Shown here in pieces: positions 12,990 through 26,519 of a stretch of DNA of 64,000 nt. The notes below the pieces were generated by a model. That model was not told the origin of the DNA. It did no database searches and was given only the letters and a program-made list of their open reading frames with translations. Position 1 is the first letter of the stretch. Every line of letters starts with the position of its first letter. The translations under genes were made by a program, and so were the position numbers. The DNA is from Mizuhopecten yessoensis (taxonomy: Eukaryota): positions 66,168-130,167 of the forward strand of contig NW_018408750.1 of NCBI RefSeq assembly GCF_002113885.1. Direction: 5' to 3'.

Positions 12990-15900
12990 CTGCAATATAT
13001 GATAAATACATTGTGCAGGAGTAAAATATAATTTTAATATCTTAATAATTTTAACATTCTCCTGTTCCTTTATTAAATTTTAATATGTGCCTTAACATGT
13101 CTAACCTCTAGGCTGTGATATGTTAACAGTAGTTGTCACCCTGTCTTAACAGGTTTAACCTGTAGGCCGTGAAATGTAAACAGTAGTTTATACACTATCT
13201 TCACTTGTTTAACATGTAGGCCGTGAAATGTTAACAGTAGTTTTCACCCTGTCTTAACAGGTTTAACCTGTATGCCGTGAAATGTTAACAGTACTTTTCA
13301 CCCTATCTTCACTGGTTTAACCTGTAAGCCGTGAAATGTTAAAAGTAGTTTTCACCCTATCTTCACTGGTTTAACCTGAAGGCCGTGAAATATTAACAGT
13401 AGTTTTTTAACCTATTATACAGGTTTACTTTCTAGACCGTGAAATTGACAGTAGTGTCTACCCTTTCTTCACAGGTTTAACCTGTAGACCATGAAATGTT
13501 AACAGTAGTTTTCACCCTGTCTTAACAGGTTTAACCTGTAGGCCATGAAATGTTAACAGTAGTTTTCAACCAATTATACAGGTTTAACCTGTATGCCGTG
13601 AAATGTTAACAGTACTTTTCACCCTATCTTTACTGGTTTAACCTGTAGGCTGTGAAATGTAAAAAGTAGTTTTCACCCTATCTTCACTGGTTTAACCTGA
13701 AGGCCGTGAAATATTAACAGTAGTTTTTTAACCTATTATACAGGTTTAATTTCTAGACCGTGAAATTGACAGTAGTGTCTACCCTTTCTTCACAGGTTTA
13801 ACCTGTAGACCATGAAATGTTAACAGTAGTTTTCACCCTGTCTTAACAGGTTTAACCTGTAGGCCATGAAATGTTAACAGTAGTTTTCAACCAATTATAC
13901 TGGTTTAACCTGTATGCCGTGAAATGTTAACAGTACTTTTCACCCTATCTTTACTGGTTTAACCTGTAGGCTGTGAAATGTAAAAAGTAGTTTTCACCCT
14001 ATCTTCACTGGTTTAACCTGAAGGCCGTGAAATATTAACAGTAGTTTTTTAACCTATTATACAGGTTTAATTTCTAGACCGTGAAATTGACAGTAGTGTC
14101 TACCCTTTCTTCACAGGTTTAACCTGTAGACCATGAAATGTTAACAGTAGTTTTCACCCTGTCTTAACAGGTTTAACCTGTAGGCCATGAAATGTTAACA
14201 GTAGTTTTCAACCAATTATACAGGTTTAACCTGTATGCCGTGAAATGTTAACAGTACTTTTCACCCTATCTTTACTGGTTTAACCTGTAGGCTGTGAAAT
14301 GTAAAAAGTAGTTTTCACCCTATCTTCACTGGTTTAACCTGAAGGCCGTGAAATATTAACAGTAGTTTTTTAACCTATTATACAGGTTTAATTTCTAGAC
14401 CGTGAAATTGACAGTAGTGTCTACCCTTTCTTCACAGGTTTAACCTGTAGACCATGAAATGTTAACAGTAGTTTTCACCCTGTCTTAACAGGTTTAACCT
14501 GTAGGCCATGAAATGTTAACAGTAGTTTTCAACCAATTATACAGGTTTAACCTGTATGCCGTGAAATGTTAACAGTACTTTTCACCCTATCTTTACTGGT
14601 TTAACCTGTAGGCTGTGAAATGTAAAAAGTAGTTTTCACCCTATCTTCACTGGTTTAACCTGAAGGCCGTGAAATATTAACAGTAGTTTTTTAACCTATT
14701 ATACAGGTTTAATTTCTAGACCGTGAAATTGACAGTAGTGTCTACCCTTTCTTCACAGGTTTAACCTGTAGACCATGAAATGTTAACAGTAGTTTTCACC
14801 CTGTCTTAACAGGTTTAACCTGTAGGCCATGAAATGTTAACAGTAGTTTTCAACCAATTATACTGGTTTAACCTGTATGCCGTGAAATGTTAACAGTACT
14901 TTTCACCCTATCTTTACTGGTTTAACCTGTAGGCTGTGAAATGTAAAAAGTAGTTTTCACCCTATCTTCACTGGTTTAACCTGAAGGCCGTGAAATATTA
15001 ACAGTAGTTTTTTAACCTATTATACAGGTTTAATTTCTAGACCGTGAAATTGACAGTAGTGTCTACCCTTTCTTCACAGGTTTAACCTGTAGACCATGAA
15101 ATGTTAACAGTAGTTTTCACTCTATCTTCATTGGTTTAACCTGTAGGCCGTGAAATGTTAACAGTAGTTTTCACTCTATCTTCACAGGTTTAACCTGTAG
15201 ACCATGAAATGTTAACAGTTGTTTTCACTTTATTTTCACCGGTTTAACCTGTAGGCCGTGAAATATTAATAGTAGTTTTCACCCTATTTTAACAGATTTA
15301 ACCTGTAGGTTTTTGAAATGTTAACAGTAGTTTTCACACTTTCTTATCTTGTTTAACCTGTATGCAGTGAAATGTTAACAGTAGTTTACACCTTATACTC
15401 TTAACACGTTTAACCTGTAGACCGTAGTATGTTAACAGTAGTTCTCACCCTGTCTTAACAGGTCTAACATGTTCGACATGAAATGTTTACAGTAGTTTTC
15501 ACCTTATCTTCACTTATTTAACCTGTATGCCATGAAGTGTTAACAGTAGTTTTCACCATATTATACTGGTGTAACCTATAGGACGTGATATGTAAACAGT
15601 ACTTTTCACCCTATTGTACTGGTTTAACCTGTAGGCCGTGAAATGTGAACAGTAGTTTTCACCCTGTCTAAACAGTTTTAACCTCTAGACCGTGAAATGT
15701 TAACAGTTGTTTTCACTTTATTTTCACCGGTTGAACCTGTATGCCGTGAAATGTTAACAGTAGTGTTCATCTTTTCTTAACACGTTTAACCTGTATGCCG
15801 TGAAATGTTAACAGTAGTTTTCACCCTATCTTCACTGATTTAACCTGTAGGCAGTGAAATGTTAACAGTAGTTTTAAACCTATTATACAGGTTTAATTTC

Positions 15901-18900
15901 TAGACCTTGAAATTAACAATAGTTTCCATCCTTTCTTCACAGGTTTAACCTGTAGGCCTTGAAATTAACAGTAATTTTCACCCTATCGTCACTGGTTCAA
16001 CTTGTAGGCCGTGATATGTAAACACTAGTTTTCACCCTATCATAACAGGTTTAAGATCTAGACCGTGAAATGTTAACAGTAGTTTTCACCTTATTTTTAC
16101 AGGTTTAACCTGTAGGCCGTGAAGTGTTAGCAGTAGTTTTCACCCTTTTTTCATAGGTTTAACCTGTAGGCCGTTAAATGTAAACAGTAGTTTTCACCCT
16201 TTTTTGACAGTTTTAACCTGTAGGCCATGAGATTAACAGTAGTACTTACCCTATCTGCACACGTTTAACCTGTAGGCCGTGAAATGTTGCCAGTAGTTTT
16301 TACCCTATCGTCACTGGTTTCACGCATAGGAACAATGTAAAAGGATTGTTGAAGTATCAATCAGATACATTATATTTTTGGTTTACATAGGTCCTTTAAT
16401 AAGCGGCACACATGGAAAAATAAATAATTATATATTGTTTATTTTACTTACAGCTTTTCACAGATGTAGTTTTCAGCGCCATGTACGTGAGATTTGTTCC
16501 CGCTTGTTGGCCTGGTCGAAATGTGTCCGCAAGTTTCGTCAGACCATACTAGATTTCGATCATCCTGCCACTTAAGTGATAAGCAGTTCTTGGAGTTGTT
16601 TCCATCCGGTTCCCCAGCACCCCATTTGGAGAATGGACCAACGTGGATACCAGTTTCTAACCAACGCCACTGATTCTCAAAAGCAACGTCATTTCCGCCG
16701 ATGAAGAAATGATTGAAGTGGAAACCTATTATAACATTTGAATAAGAGAAAAAGACTAAGCAAGCCTTTCCCTTTACATGACCAAATGTTTTTGTTACAT
16801 GTTCCAAATTATCTTACTTACAGGGTATTTTTCTGCCGCAGGCCATTATTTATGTTGCCATTTACTTTATGTTCTTTCGGTATCAAATATTATTAAGCAA
16901 TCTTGAAAATGAAAATTCCAAAATATTGTATAATGGCGTCAATTTGAATCAGGGTTGATTTATATATCATAACCAGATAAGAAAATGACAAGATCTTACT
17001 TTTGAAGACATACAAGATATCGGAAATAAAATTGTGTTTATCTTCATTATCATCAGTCATCAGCCAGGCGTTGTGTTTGCGACAGTCCAACTGTAAGATA
17101 GAAAATAGAAAAACGTATACCTAATTGTTTACCGGACAATAATATTAAAAAAACATTTCCCATTTATACTGCAAACTTTAAGAATCGCCATGTCATTATT
17201 AACGCTGAAATTGCTTACTAATGCAACCGATACATTATTTCAGAAAATCGAAAATATAAATAAACTCAGATTCGGGATAGGGCAAATTTGTTTTTATAAT
17301 CCGTTACTTACTATAAATAATAGTAGACAAGCCTTGTACGCACTGATATATACTGACAAGAACAAGCTGTACCATGGACGGAGTGATGGCCAATATTCCA
17401 TTTTACAGTCAAATGTGGTGACAGTTGACATATCATTGGCTATTTCAGTGCAGGAAGAGTTTGTTTTAAATTGACAGTTGCTGATTCTTAGTTTTCCTGC
17501 ATTATCAGATTTACAATATTACTATATTATAACGGTGTCACCATAAGATCATACTGTAGAATGGTTGCTTCCGTTTTCTATATCATTCCGTTTTCTATAT
17601 CATTCCGTTAAGATTGCTAATCCATGTTTTTCAATCGTCCCTATTTGAGAATTATTTATTTTTTAAACACTTTAAAGACAAATTAGAAACAAAGATACTG
17701 ATGGATTCCGTTTGTCATATTTTATTATATACGGATAAATCCTATGCATATAACTGTACTAATGTCAACAATACACTCACAATAAATACCAAGTGCTAAT
17801 TGTAATGGGAGATCCCCAAACACACCCGCAGCTATGTTCGCAGTGCCAAAATACACATACATACCAATTTTGTGCAAAATCGACCAATATCTAAATTCGA
17901 CCAATCAGAGACCGTGGTGGCCATCACGGTTGACAAATCGGAAAATGATAGGTCATTTGCACACCCACTTACCATGATGAAAACTTGTGTAAAGTTTCAT
18001 TATTTTCCGTCCAATAGTTTTTGAGAAATGTGTCGACCAAAATGTTACGGCGGAACAAGAAGAAGAAGGATAATAATAATAAGTACTAATTGGGGACCAT
18101 TACAGAAGTCCCCCATAGTCATAAAGATGCATCAGAAAAGGATCGCAATGCCATAATACTCATACATACTAACTTTGAGTGAAATCGAACACTATATGAA
18201 TTTCGACCAATCAGAAGCCAGAATACCGCAGTAAGATTGTCGAAACAGAAAAAAGATGTCGCAGTTTGGTTCGCAGTGCCAAAAGACACCTACTTGTCTT
18301 ATCTTGTTTGGTATCTTCCTCCTAAAGTAGGAGAACCAGTATTCAGATACTGTATATGTATGTGAACTTACGTGTGTGAATGTAAACTACATACTAAATT
18401 TGAATGATATCAAACAAGGTATATATTTCGACCAATAAGAAGCCAGTATACAGTGGCCATTTTAGATGCGCAGTTGCGAAAATAGAAGAAGATGATAAAG
18501 AAGAAGAAGAAGAAGAAGAAGAAGAAACGGAGTAAAATCAATAATCACCCACTTCGTTTGGGGAACATTATAAACATTGGATAAGCATACGAATTCCTCT
18601 GTTTGCTTTAGGTTTACTTACTTCAGCATCGGTCCAGATCTTTTGAGTGTTACTGAACCAAATGCAGTTTTCTTTAAACTGGGTCCACCCTGGGTCACAT
18701 GCAGGATATACAACGCCCAAACCTGTATGGGACCGAATAAAAATGATAATACATTGTTGCATGTAAATTTGGTGGAGATTTACGAGGCGACTTTGACGGT
18801 CCATGCAACTTCCTCTCTCTGTATTACAAACAATACCAAGGAAATCTAGTAACACTGTTGATATAGATGTTTGGAAATTAGCTTGGAGACGTCATGGAAT

Positions 18901-20680
18901 TAATGATAATGTGACATAAATTCACTAAAAGGCTTTTCATATAAAAACAACTACAACCGCATAACGCATATGACCTTAGCATACCACTCATCCCCATACA
19001 GGTATAGTGGACATAAAGTAACAAGCGATTTAACTATTTTTGATAGTGCAAAATTACGAAAGCTTTCCATAAAGGCTTAACTATGGAGAAACTACCAATT
19101 AGAGTGTGAATTGCAAAATATTGATGAATATTGTTGAAAACTACGCCATAGAAAAGTTTTAAAAGACCACACTGTATAAGGTTCGCTTGAAAAGTGGATT
19201 ATAAATATTAGGTCCATCACTCAAAAAAGAATTAAGTGTTTGAAATATATTTTACTACATGTACGTAATATATTTTTGTCGGTAGTCAAAACGTCAATTT
19301 AATTAATCTTTGTCTGCAGACACTTTTATATTCCTGGTCACAGCAAAAAAATTGGCTTGCATTTTAATCAAAGAAACCCTTCCCAATATTCTCCAAAAGT
19401 GTTCACAAAACCATCATTATATTTGAACTCAAAATCGAAAACAACTATAGAACTCTATTGTTAAAAGAATGATGTGCATACAACAAAGGAGAATAGGACC
19501 AGGTGTTCCGGAAGTGTTCAGCGTCCTATTCAGGTCGTCCAGAAAGGGGTTAAGGGAAACAATTAGTCCAAATAGGAAAACCGCCATTTTCTGAAATGTC
19601 TCGTCTCCTGATGATCAATCTTCAGCATCCTCTCCTCAAACTGTTTCTTCTGTCACAACATTGGGCTTTTCCTTATCAACGCGACCATACCTCCACATGT
19701 ACCAAACCTTTTTTCTCTTATACTGATAGGTTTCCTTTCACGAAAGGCTAACAGAGATATTAATAAGACAGGTAGGTGTTAACATTGCTGACTTGTTTTT
19801 GCTTACATGTGAAACTCAGTTTATTAAAAAAGGTAACCAGGACAAGAAATACGTACCCAGCTGATCTTTATTCAAGAACATTACTGACTACACTTGTCTT
19901 GATTGCAACTTACAATATGACCAACATGGACGGTTTACTCCAGAGCTGTACGATAAACGTGCTGATTTTTAGTAGATATTGTTTTATCATGCTCGCAAGT
20001 TTTGTTATTTCTTTCTCCTTACTCCTCATTCTTCATATTTTGCCCTAGTTTTATCGATTTATGGTTTTGTTTTCACTAGGAAATTCCCTTGTTTTCATGT
20101 AGATGTTCACAGATGATCATATGCTATAACAGTACAATACTAATACATGTTAGGTTACAGATAAAATACATTCACTGATAAAGAAGTTCGAATTTTACAA
20201 TAATATGAAATGTTCTGATACTAAGCTATCATTGTTGTCAATATAGTTATTTATGTTGTTTTAATAGTGTGGATGTATTGTTAAACAGTTATTGTTGCCA
20301 CTTTTGTTCGTATTTCATCCTTGTTAATGTCACCCTGGTAAAATACTAGCCGCTTCCTACCGACTCGGCTAGGGATAATTTCACTTTAAAGCGCATTCGG
20401 TAGAGCGTAAGACTAGTAAGCCAGAGGTCCCGGGTTCGACTCCTGGCGGAGGCACTGGCAAAATTACGACCTCTGTAACTTTAATTTAACCCACATAATC
20501 ACGCGGTTATGATTTAAAGTGAATGTGTGTTGATATTTATATAAACGAGCAGATGAAAGTTCTCAATAAACAATTCGATAACAGCAATATGGATTGCAAA
20601 CGAAAATTAAGTTCATTCAAAAGAAAAGGAACAAGAACAGAAACCTTACCACAAATCAAAAGTGCTATAACTGCCTTCAT
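12950..20680 (-). CDS. CTL-2: secreted C-type lectin, 5 exons, 178 aa, EPD/WSD motifs
   Basis: Exons 20680-20650, 18722-18622, 17090-17000, 16725-16452, 12989-12950; GT-AG, 537 nt. MKAVIALLICGLGVVYPACDPGW...GEPDGNNSKNC...WSDETC...NYICEKLVSNGGSMVVGRR*. AATAAA at 12902-12907. Confidence 0.88.
13095..16320. repeat. 54-bp satellite with 321-bp (6-mer) higher-order repeat, filling CTL-2 intron 4
   Basis: Monomer GGTTTAACCTGTAGGCCGTGAAATGTTAACAGTAGTTTTCACCCTGTCTTAACA; diagnostic TCTAGACCGTGAAATTGAC variant at 13431, 13752, 14073, 14394, 14715 and 15036. Confidence 0.95.
16452..16725 (-). CDS. CTL-2 exon 4 (CTLD core with 15-aa insertion)
   Basis: FFIGGNDVAFENQWRW...EPDGNNSKNC...WSDETC; gtaagt donor. 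Confidence 0.95.
17000..17090 (-). CDS. CTL-2 exon 3
   Basis: LDCRKHNAWLMTDDNEDKHNFI; 91 nt. Confidence 0.93.
17788..18570 (+). mobile_element. Non-autonomous Helentron/HINE-like element(s) in CTL-2 intron 2
   Basis: Internal repeats with TCGACCAAT(C)AGA, (GAA)n tract, 3' short hairpin CCCACTTCGTTTGGGG. Confidence 0.5.
18622..18722 (-). CDS. CTL-2 exon 2
   Basis: CDPGWTQFKENC...WTDAE; 101 nt. Confidence 0.93.
20390..20454 (+). pseudogene. tRNA-Thr(AGT)-like pseudogene or SINE head
   Basis: GGTAGAGCG D-arm, CT-AGT-AA anticodon loop, GGTTCGACTCC T-arm/B box; the 5' acceptor strand does not pair with GGAGGCA. Confidence 0.6.
20650..20680 (-). CDS. CTL-2 exon 1 (signal peptide)
   Basis: MKAVIALLIC followed by phase-1 gtaagg donor. 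Confidence 0.85.
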
Positions 20681-21489
20681 CTTTGGTGTAGACTGGTATG
20701 CCAAATTACGTTTCCAGTCACGTGGTCACTTTCACATGTTTCGATCATGTAACTGTTGGCAGGTTTCAGGTGAGTTGATTTACTTAAAACTGTGTACGTT
20801 TCGATAAGGCTGAATGACCTCCACCTCAATAATGGTAAGACTGTAAACGCTATCAATCGTTATACACTTGGAAGCGTGTGCGTTTGCCTGTGGAAACATG
20901 TATGGAAAGAACAGGAAGGTTCAGGTCATGCCTTATCGTGACGTGAGAGTTTTAACAGGGCCACACTACATCTATACCAGATTTAGGTTACCTACATTAT
21001 GGCACGGTTCTATGTGTCCCATTAGTTCGAGTTTTCAGAGTCCAATTTCTAGTACATACTACATACATGTGAAGAGACGACTAATAAGTGTAATGATACT
21101 CACTTATAGGATGATACATTTTCAGTCACGTGGTTAAATGACGTCATAGATCATTATCCTTTGCCTTGCAGTAAGGAACCAATTCGGAAAAATATATTTC
21201 TTAAGAATTATGTAAACAAAAACCCGCTTAAAATATCTAATGAATAGAAATCTTGTAAATTTGATCAATGGAATTTCAGCTTCCAAAAGTTCGCCGAGCA
21301 CAGCTTCGCCTCTTTGTGTGTGAATTTCTGATGTCTTTCCTTTCCGCCTGATGGTGACCATCCTGAGAAAGAAACATATCTGGAATGCTCTACTTGAACA
21401 ACAATAAAGGGAAAATAGAGTTGTAGTTGATTCTTCTTATATAAAAATAAAATATTTTTAATGCATAGCAGGTTCTTAAAGTATAAAAT

Positions 21490-24400
21490 TAAGTTTAAAT
21501 GTATAAAATGTACGAAAATGTGCTCTCAATTTATAAAAATGTCTAAAAGTGCGCTTAAATGCATAAAATGTACCAGAATGTACTACAATGTATACAATGT
21601 ACTTTACCTAAATGTATCAGAATGTACCACAATGTATGAAATGTACTTTACCTAAATGTATCAGAATGTACCACAATGTATAAAATATACTTTACCTGAA
21701 TATATCAGAATGTACGTAATACAATGTATACAATGTACTTTACCTAAATGTATCAGAATGTACGTAATACAATGTATACAATGTACTTTACCTAAATGTA
21801 TCAGAATGTACCACAATGTATGAAATGTACTTTATTTACCTAAATGTATCAGAATGTACGTAATACAATGTATACAATGTACTTTACCTAAATGTATCAG
21901 AATGTACCACAATGTATGAAATGTACTTTATTTACCTAAATGTATCAGAATGTACGTAATACAATGTATACAATGTACTTTACCTAAATGTATCAGAATG
22001 TACCACAATGTATGAAATGTACTTTATTTACCTAAATGTATCAGAATGTACGTAATACAATGTATACAATGTACTTTACCTAAATGTATCAGAATGTACC
22101 ACAATGTATGAAATGTACTTTATTTACCTAAATGTATCAGAATGTACGTAATACAATGTATACAATGTACTTTACCTAAATGTATCAGAATGTACCACAA
22201 TGTATGAAATGTACTTTATTTACCTAAATGTATCAGAATGTACGACATAGTATGAAATGTACTTTACCTAAATGTACCAGAATGTACCACAATGTATAAA
22301 ATGTACTTGTTTACCTAAATGTATCAGAATGTACTACAATGTATACAATGTTCTTTACCTAAATGTATCAGAATGTACTACAATGTATACAATGTACTTA
22401 ACCTAATTGTATCAGAATGTACCACAATGTATGAAATGTACTTTATTTACCTAAATGTATCAGAATGTACCACATAGTATGAAATGTACTTTACCTAAAT
22501 GTACCAGAATGTACCACAATGTATAAAATGTACTTGTTTACCTAAATGTATCAGAATGTACTACAATGTATACAATGTACTTTACCTAAATGTATCAGAA
22601 TGTACCACATAGTATGAAATGTACTTTACCTAAATGTATCAGAATGTACCACAATGTATGAAATGTACTTTATTTACCTAAATGTATCAGAATGTACTAC
22701 AATGTATAAAAATGTACTTTACCTAAATGTATCAGAATGTACCACAATGTATGAAACGTACTTTATTTACCTAAATGTATCAGAATGAACTACAATGTAT
22801 AAAAATGTACTTTACCTAAATGTATCAGAATGTACTACAATGTATACAATGTACTTTACCTAATTGTATCAGAATGTACCACAATGTATGAAACGTACTT
22901 TATTTACCTAAATGTATCAGAATGTACTACAATGTATAAAATGTACTTTATTTACCTAAGAGTATCAGAATGTACCACAATGTATAAAATGTACTTTACC
23001 TAAATGTATCAGAATGTACCACAATGTATAAAATGTATTTTACCTAAATGTATCAGAATGTACTACAATAAATAAAAATGTACTTTACCTGAATGTATCA
23101 GGATGTATGTACTACAATGTATAAAATGTACTTTACCTGAATGTATCCGAATGTATGAACTACAATGTATAAAATGTACTTTACCTGAATATATCAAAAT
23201 GTATGTACTACAATGTATAAAATGTACTTTATTTACCTAAGTGTATCAGAATGTACTACAATGAATAAAAATGTACTTTACCTGAATGTATAAGAATGTA
23301 TGTACTACAATGTATAAAATGTACTTTACCTGAATATATCAGAATGTATGTACTACAATGTATCAAATGTATTTTACCTAAATGTATCAGAATGTACTAC
23401 AGTGTATAAAATGTACTTTACCTAATTGTATCAGAATGTACGACAATGTATGAAATGTCTTTTACCTAAATGTACCAGAATGTAGTTCAATGTATACAAT
23501 GCATTTTAATATATAGAATGTACTCCCCTCAAATGTATAAAATGTACTTTATTGTATTAAATGTATTTTACCTAATTGTACCAGAATGTACTACAATGTA
23601 TAAAATCTACTTAACCTAATTGTATCAGAATGTACGACAATGTATAAAATGTCTTTTACCTAAATGTAACAGAATGTACTACAATGAAAAAATGTACTTT
23701 ATCTAAATGTACCAGAATGTATTTCAATGTATACAATGCATTTTAATATATAGAATGTACTTCACTCAAATGCATAAAATGTACTTTATTGTATAAAATG
23801 TACTTTACCTAATTGTATCAGAATGTACCACAATGTATAAAATCTACTTAACCTAATTGTATCAGAATGTACCACAATGTATAAAATGTACTTTACCTAA
23901 TTGTATCAAAATGTACCACAATGTATAAAATGTACTTTACCTAAATGTATCAGAATGTACCACATAGTATGAAATGTACTTTACCTAAATGTATCAGAAT
24001 GTACCACAATGTATGAAATGTACTTTACCTGAATATATCAGAATGTATGTACTACAATGTATAAAATCTACTTAACCTAATTGTATCAGAATGCACGACA
24101 ATGTATAAAATGTCTTTTACCTAAATGTATCAGAATGTACCACAATGTAAAATAAAATGTACTTTACCTAAATGTATCAGAATGTATTTACTACAATGAA
24201 TAAAATCTACTTAACCTAATTGTATCAGTATGTACGACAATGTATAAAATGTCTTTTACCTAAATGTATCAGAATGTACGACAATGTATAAAATGTCTTT
24301 TACCTAAATGTATCAGAATGTACCACAATGTATAAAATGTACTTTACCTAAATGTATCAGAATGTATTTACTACAATGAATAAAATCTACTTAACCTAAT

Positions 24401-25350
24401 TGTATCAGAATGTACGACAATGTATAAAATGTCTTTTACCTAAATGTATCAGAATGTACTACAATGAAAAAATGTACTTTATCTAAATGTACCAGAATGT
24501 ACTTTAATGTATACAATGCATTTTAATATATAGAATGTACTTCACTCAAATGTATAAAATGTACTTAATTGTATAAAACGTACTTTACCTAATTGTATCA
24601 GAATGTAAGACAATGTATAAAATGTATTTTACCTAAATGTATCAGAATGTACCACAATGTAAAATAAAATGTACTTTACCTAAATGTACCAGAATGTGCT
24701 ACAATGTATACAATGCATTTTAATATATAGAATGTACTTCACTCAAATGTATAAAATGTACTTTATTGTATAAAATGTACTTTACCTAAATGTATCAGAA
24801 TGTACCACAATGTATACAATGTACTTTGCCTAAATGTATCAGAATGTACCACAATGTAAAATAAAATGTACTTTACCTAAATGTACCAGAATGTACTACA
24901 ATGTATACAATGCATTTTAATATATAGAATGTACTTCACTCAAATGTATAAAATGTACTTTATTGTATAAAATGTACTTTACCTAAATGTATCAGAATGT
25001 ACCACAATGTATACAATGTACTTTGCCTAAATGTATCAGAATGTACGACAATGTATGAAATGTACTTTACCTAAATGTATCAGAATGTACGACAATGTAT
25101 GAAATGTACTTTGCCTAAATGTATCAGAATGTACCACAATGTATACAATGTACTTTGCCTAAATGTATCAGAATGTACCACAATGTATACAATGTACTTT
25201 GCCCAAATGTATCAGAATGTACTACAATGTATAAAATGTACTTTATCTAAATGTACCAGAATGTACTTCAATGTATACAATGCATTTTAATATATAGAAT
25301 GTACTGCACTCAAATGTATAAAATGTACTTTATTGTATAAAATGTACTTT
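21490..25350. repeat. ~44-bp satellite built from AATGTA subrepeats
   Basis: AATGTACTTTACCTAAATGTATCAGAATGTACCACAATGTATGA; local ~96-bp dimer periodicity around 21760-22240. Confidence 0.95.
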
Positions 25351-26519
25351 AGATGTTTACAATGTGCTTTAAATGAATAATCTGTACTTGGATGAATAAA
25401 TTGTACTTATAGCGCGCATTATGATTTGTTTGCTTGCAAAGCTGTGACATTCAAATAGATCATAAATACCATACAAAAACAGTTCAATGCTAATATTTAC
25501 GTTTTCTCTGCCTCTTATGTTCTTTTTTAACTTATAATTTATATTCAAAATTAAAAATGCCCGCCTTATCGACAATCCACACAATTTCGTTCAATAGTTT
25601 GAACAGCGTATTGTCGCGTGTTGATTGGCAAACAAAGTAGTACTTTGAAATATTAACAAACACTTCAATTTTATTCCACAATTCAAAATCAATACAATTG
25701 CGTATGATATGTCTATAGGGTGATTTAAGTTTATCAATAGAACTCTGATCTAAAGTTTAGATTTGAAATTGTTTCGATTTTCCCCCGGAACAAATTTCTC
25801 GCATGGACAAATACAGTGAACACCGTAAATCCGGCCTTGCCCTCCACGAGGGAGTTATTTTTGGAAGTTAATTCGACCTTTTCTCTTTGCTCATTTTGTG
25901 AAGAATCCAGGCGTGAATGTATTTGTTGATTGTATGGGAACCTGACAACAGTCGGTAGATTCTATAACAGCCTCGTTATTTGACATGTCGTCAGAAACTG
26001 AGGAACCGTGGATGCGAGACGCGTGAAACTGATAGCGTTTGAAGTGAGTGATCTTGCGACGGAGCACAGGTTCGTTACAAATGTCTGAAATGTTTATGTG
26101 TGCTGTGACTCATATCAGTAGGTCTGTAACATATGTGTCAGTAGGTCTATAGAATATGTGTATTTAAGACATTTGTAACGAACCCCTGTTGATCAGTGCA
26201 GTGTAACAGACGATATTTCTGATAAATTGCATGAGCGTTAAAATTGTTTCCATTGCCGGCATTGGTGATTTCAACCGATGTATATTTTGTACGATATTGC
26301 AGACCTTGGTCTTGCTTTCGTTGTAATAAAAGTATTTTATTTTTTATTTTGCACAATAATTTACAATGACATTGTCAAATCTCACAATGCCCAGCGATAT
26401 TTCAGCAGCCGTCATGTTTATTTATATTGGATATTGTAGTTCCGGTCAGTGTTGTATTAATACGCTAAGAATTGTGTCTCGTGATGCATGGTCAATGCCA
26501 TGCAAATGTAAATATTTAA

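Noticed and set aside
13095-16320. Regular repeats resembling a CRISPR array
   Set aside because: No unique spacers, no cas genes, eukaryotic intron; it is a tandem satellite.
20390-20454. Functional tRNA-Thr gene
   Set aside because: The acceptor stem cannot form; treated as a pseudogene or SINE head.
21134-21361. Possible exon after a ttctttctcag acceptor (MVTIRRKGK...)
   Set aside because: No recognisable domain and no compatible partner exons.
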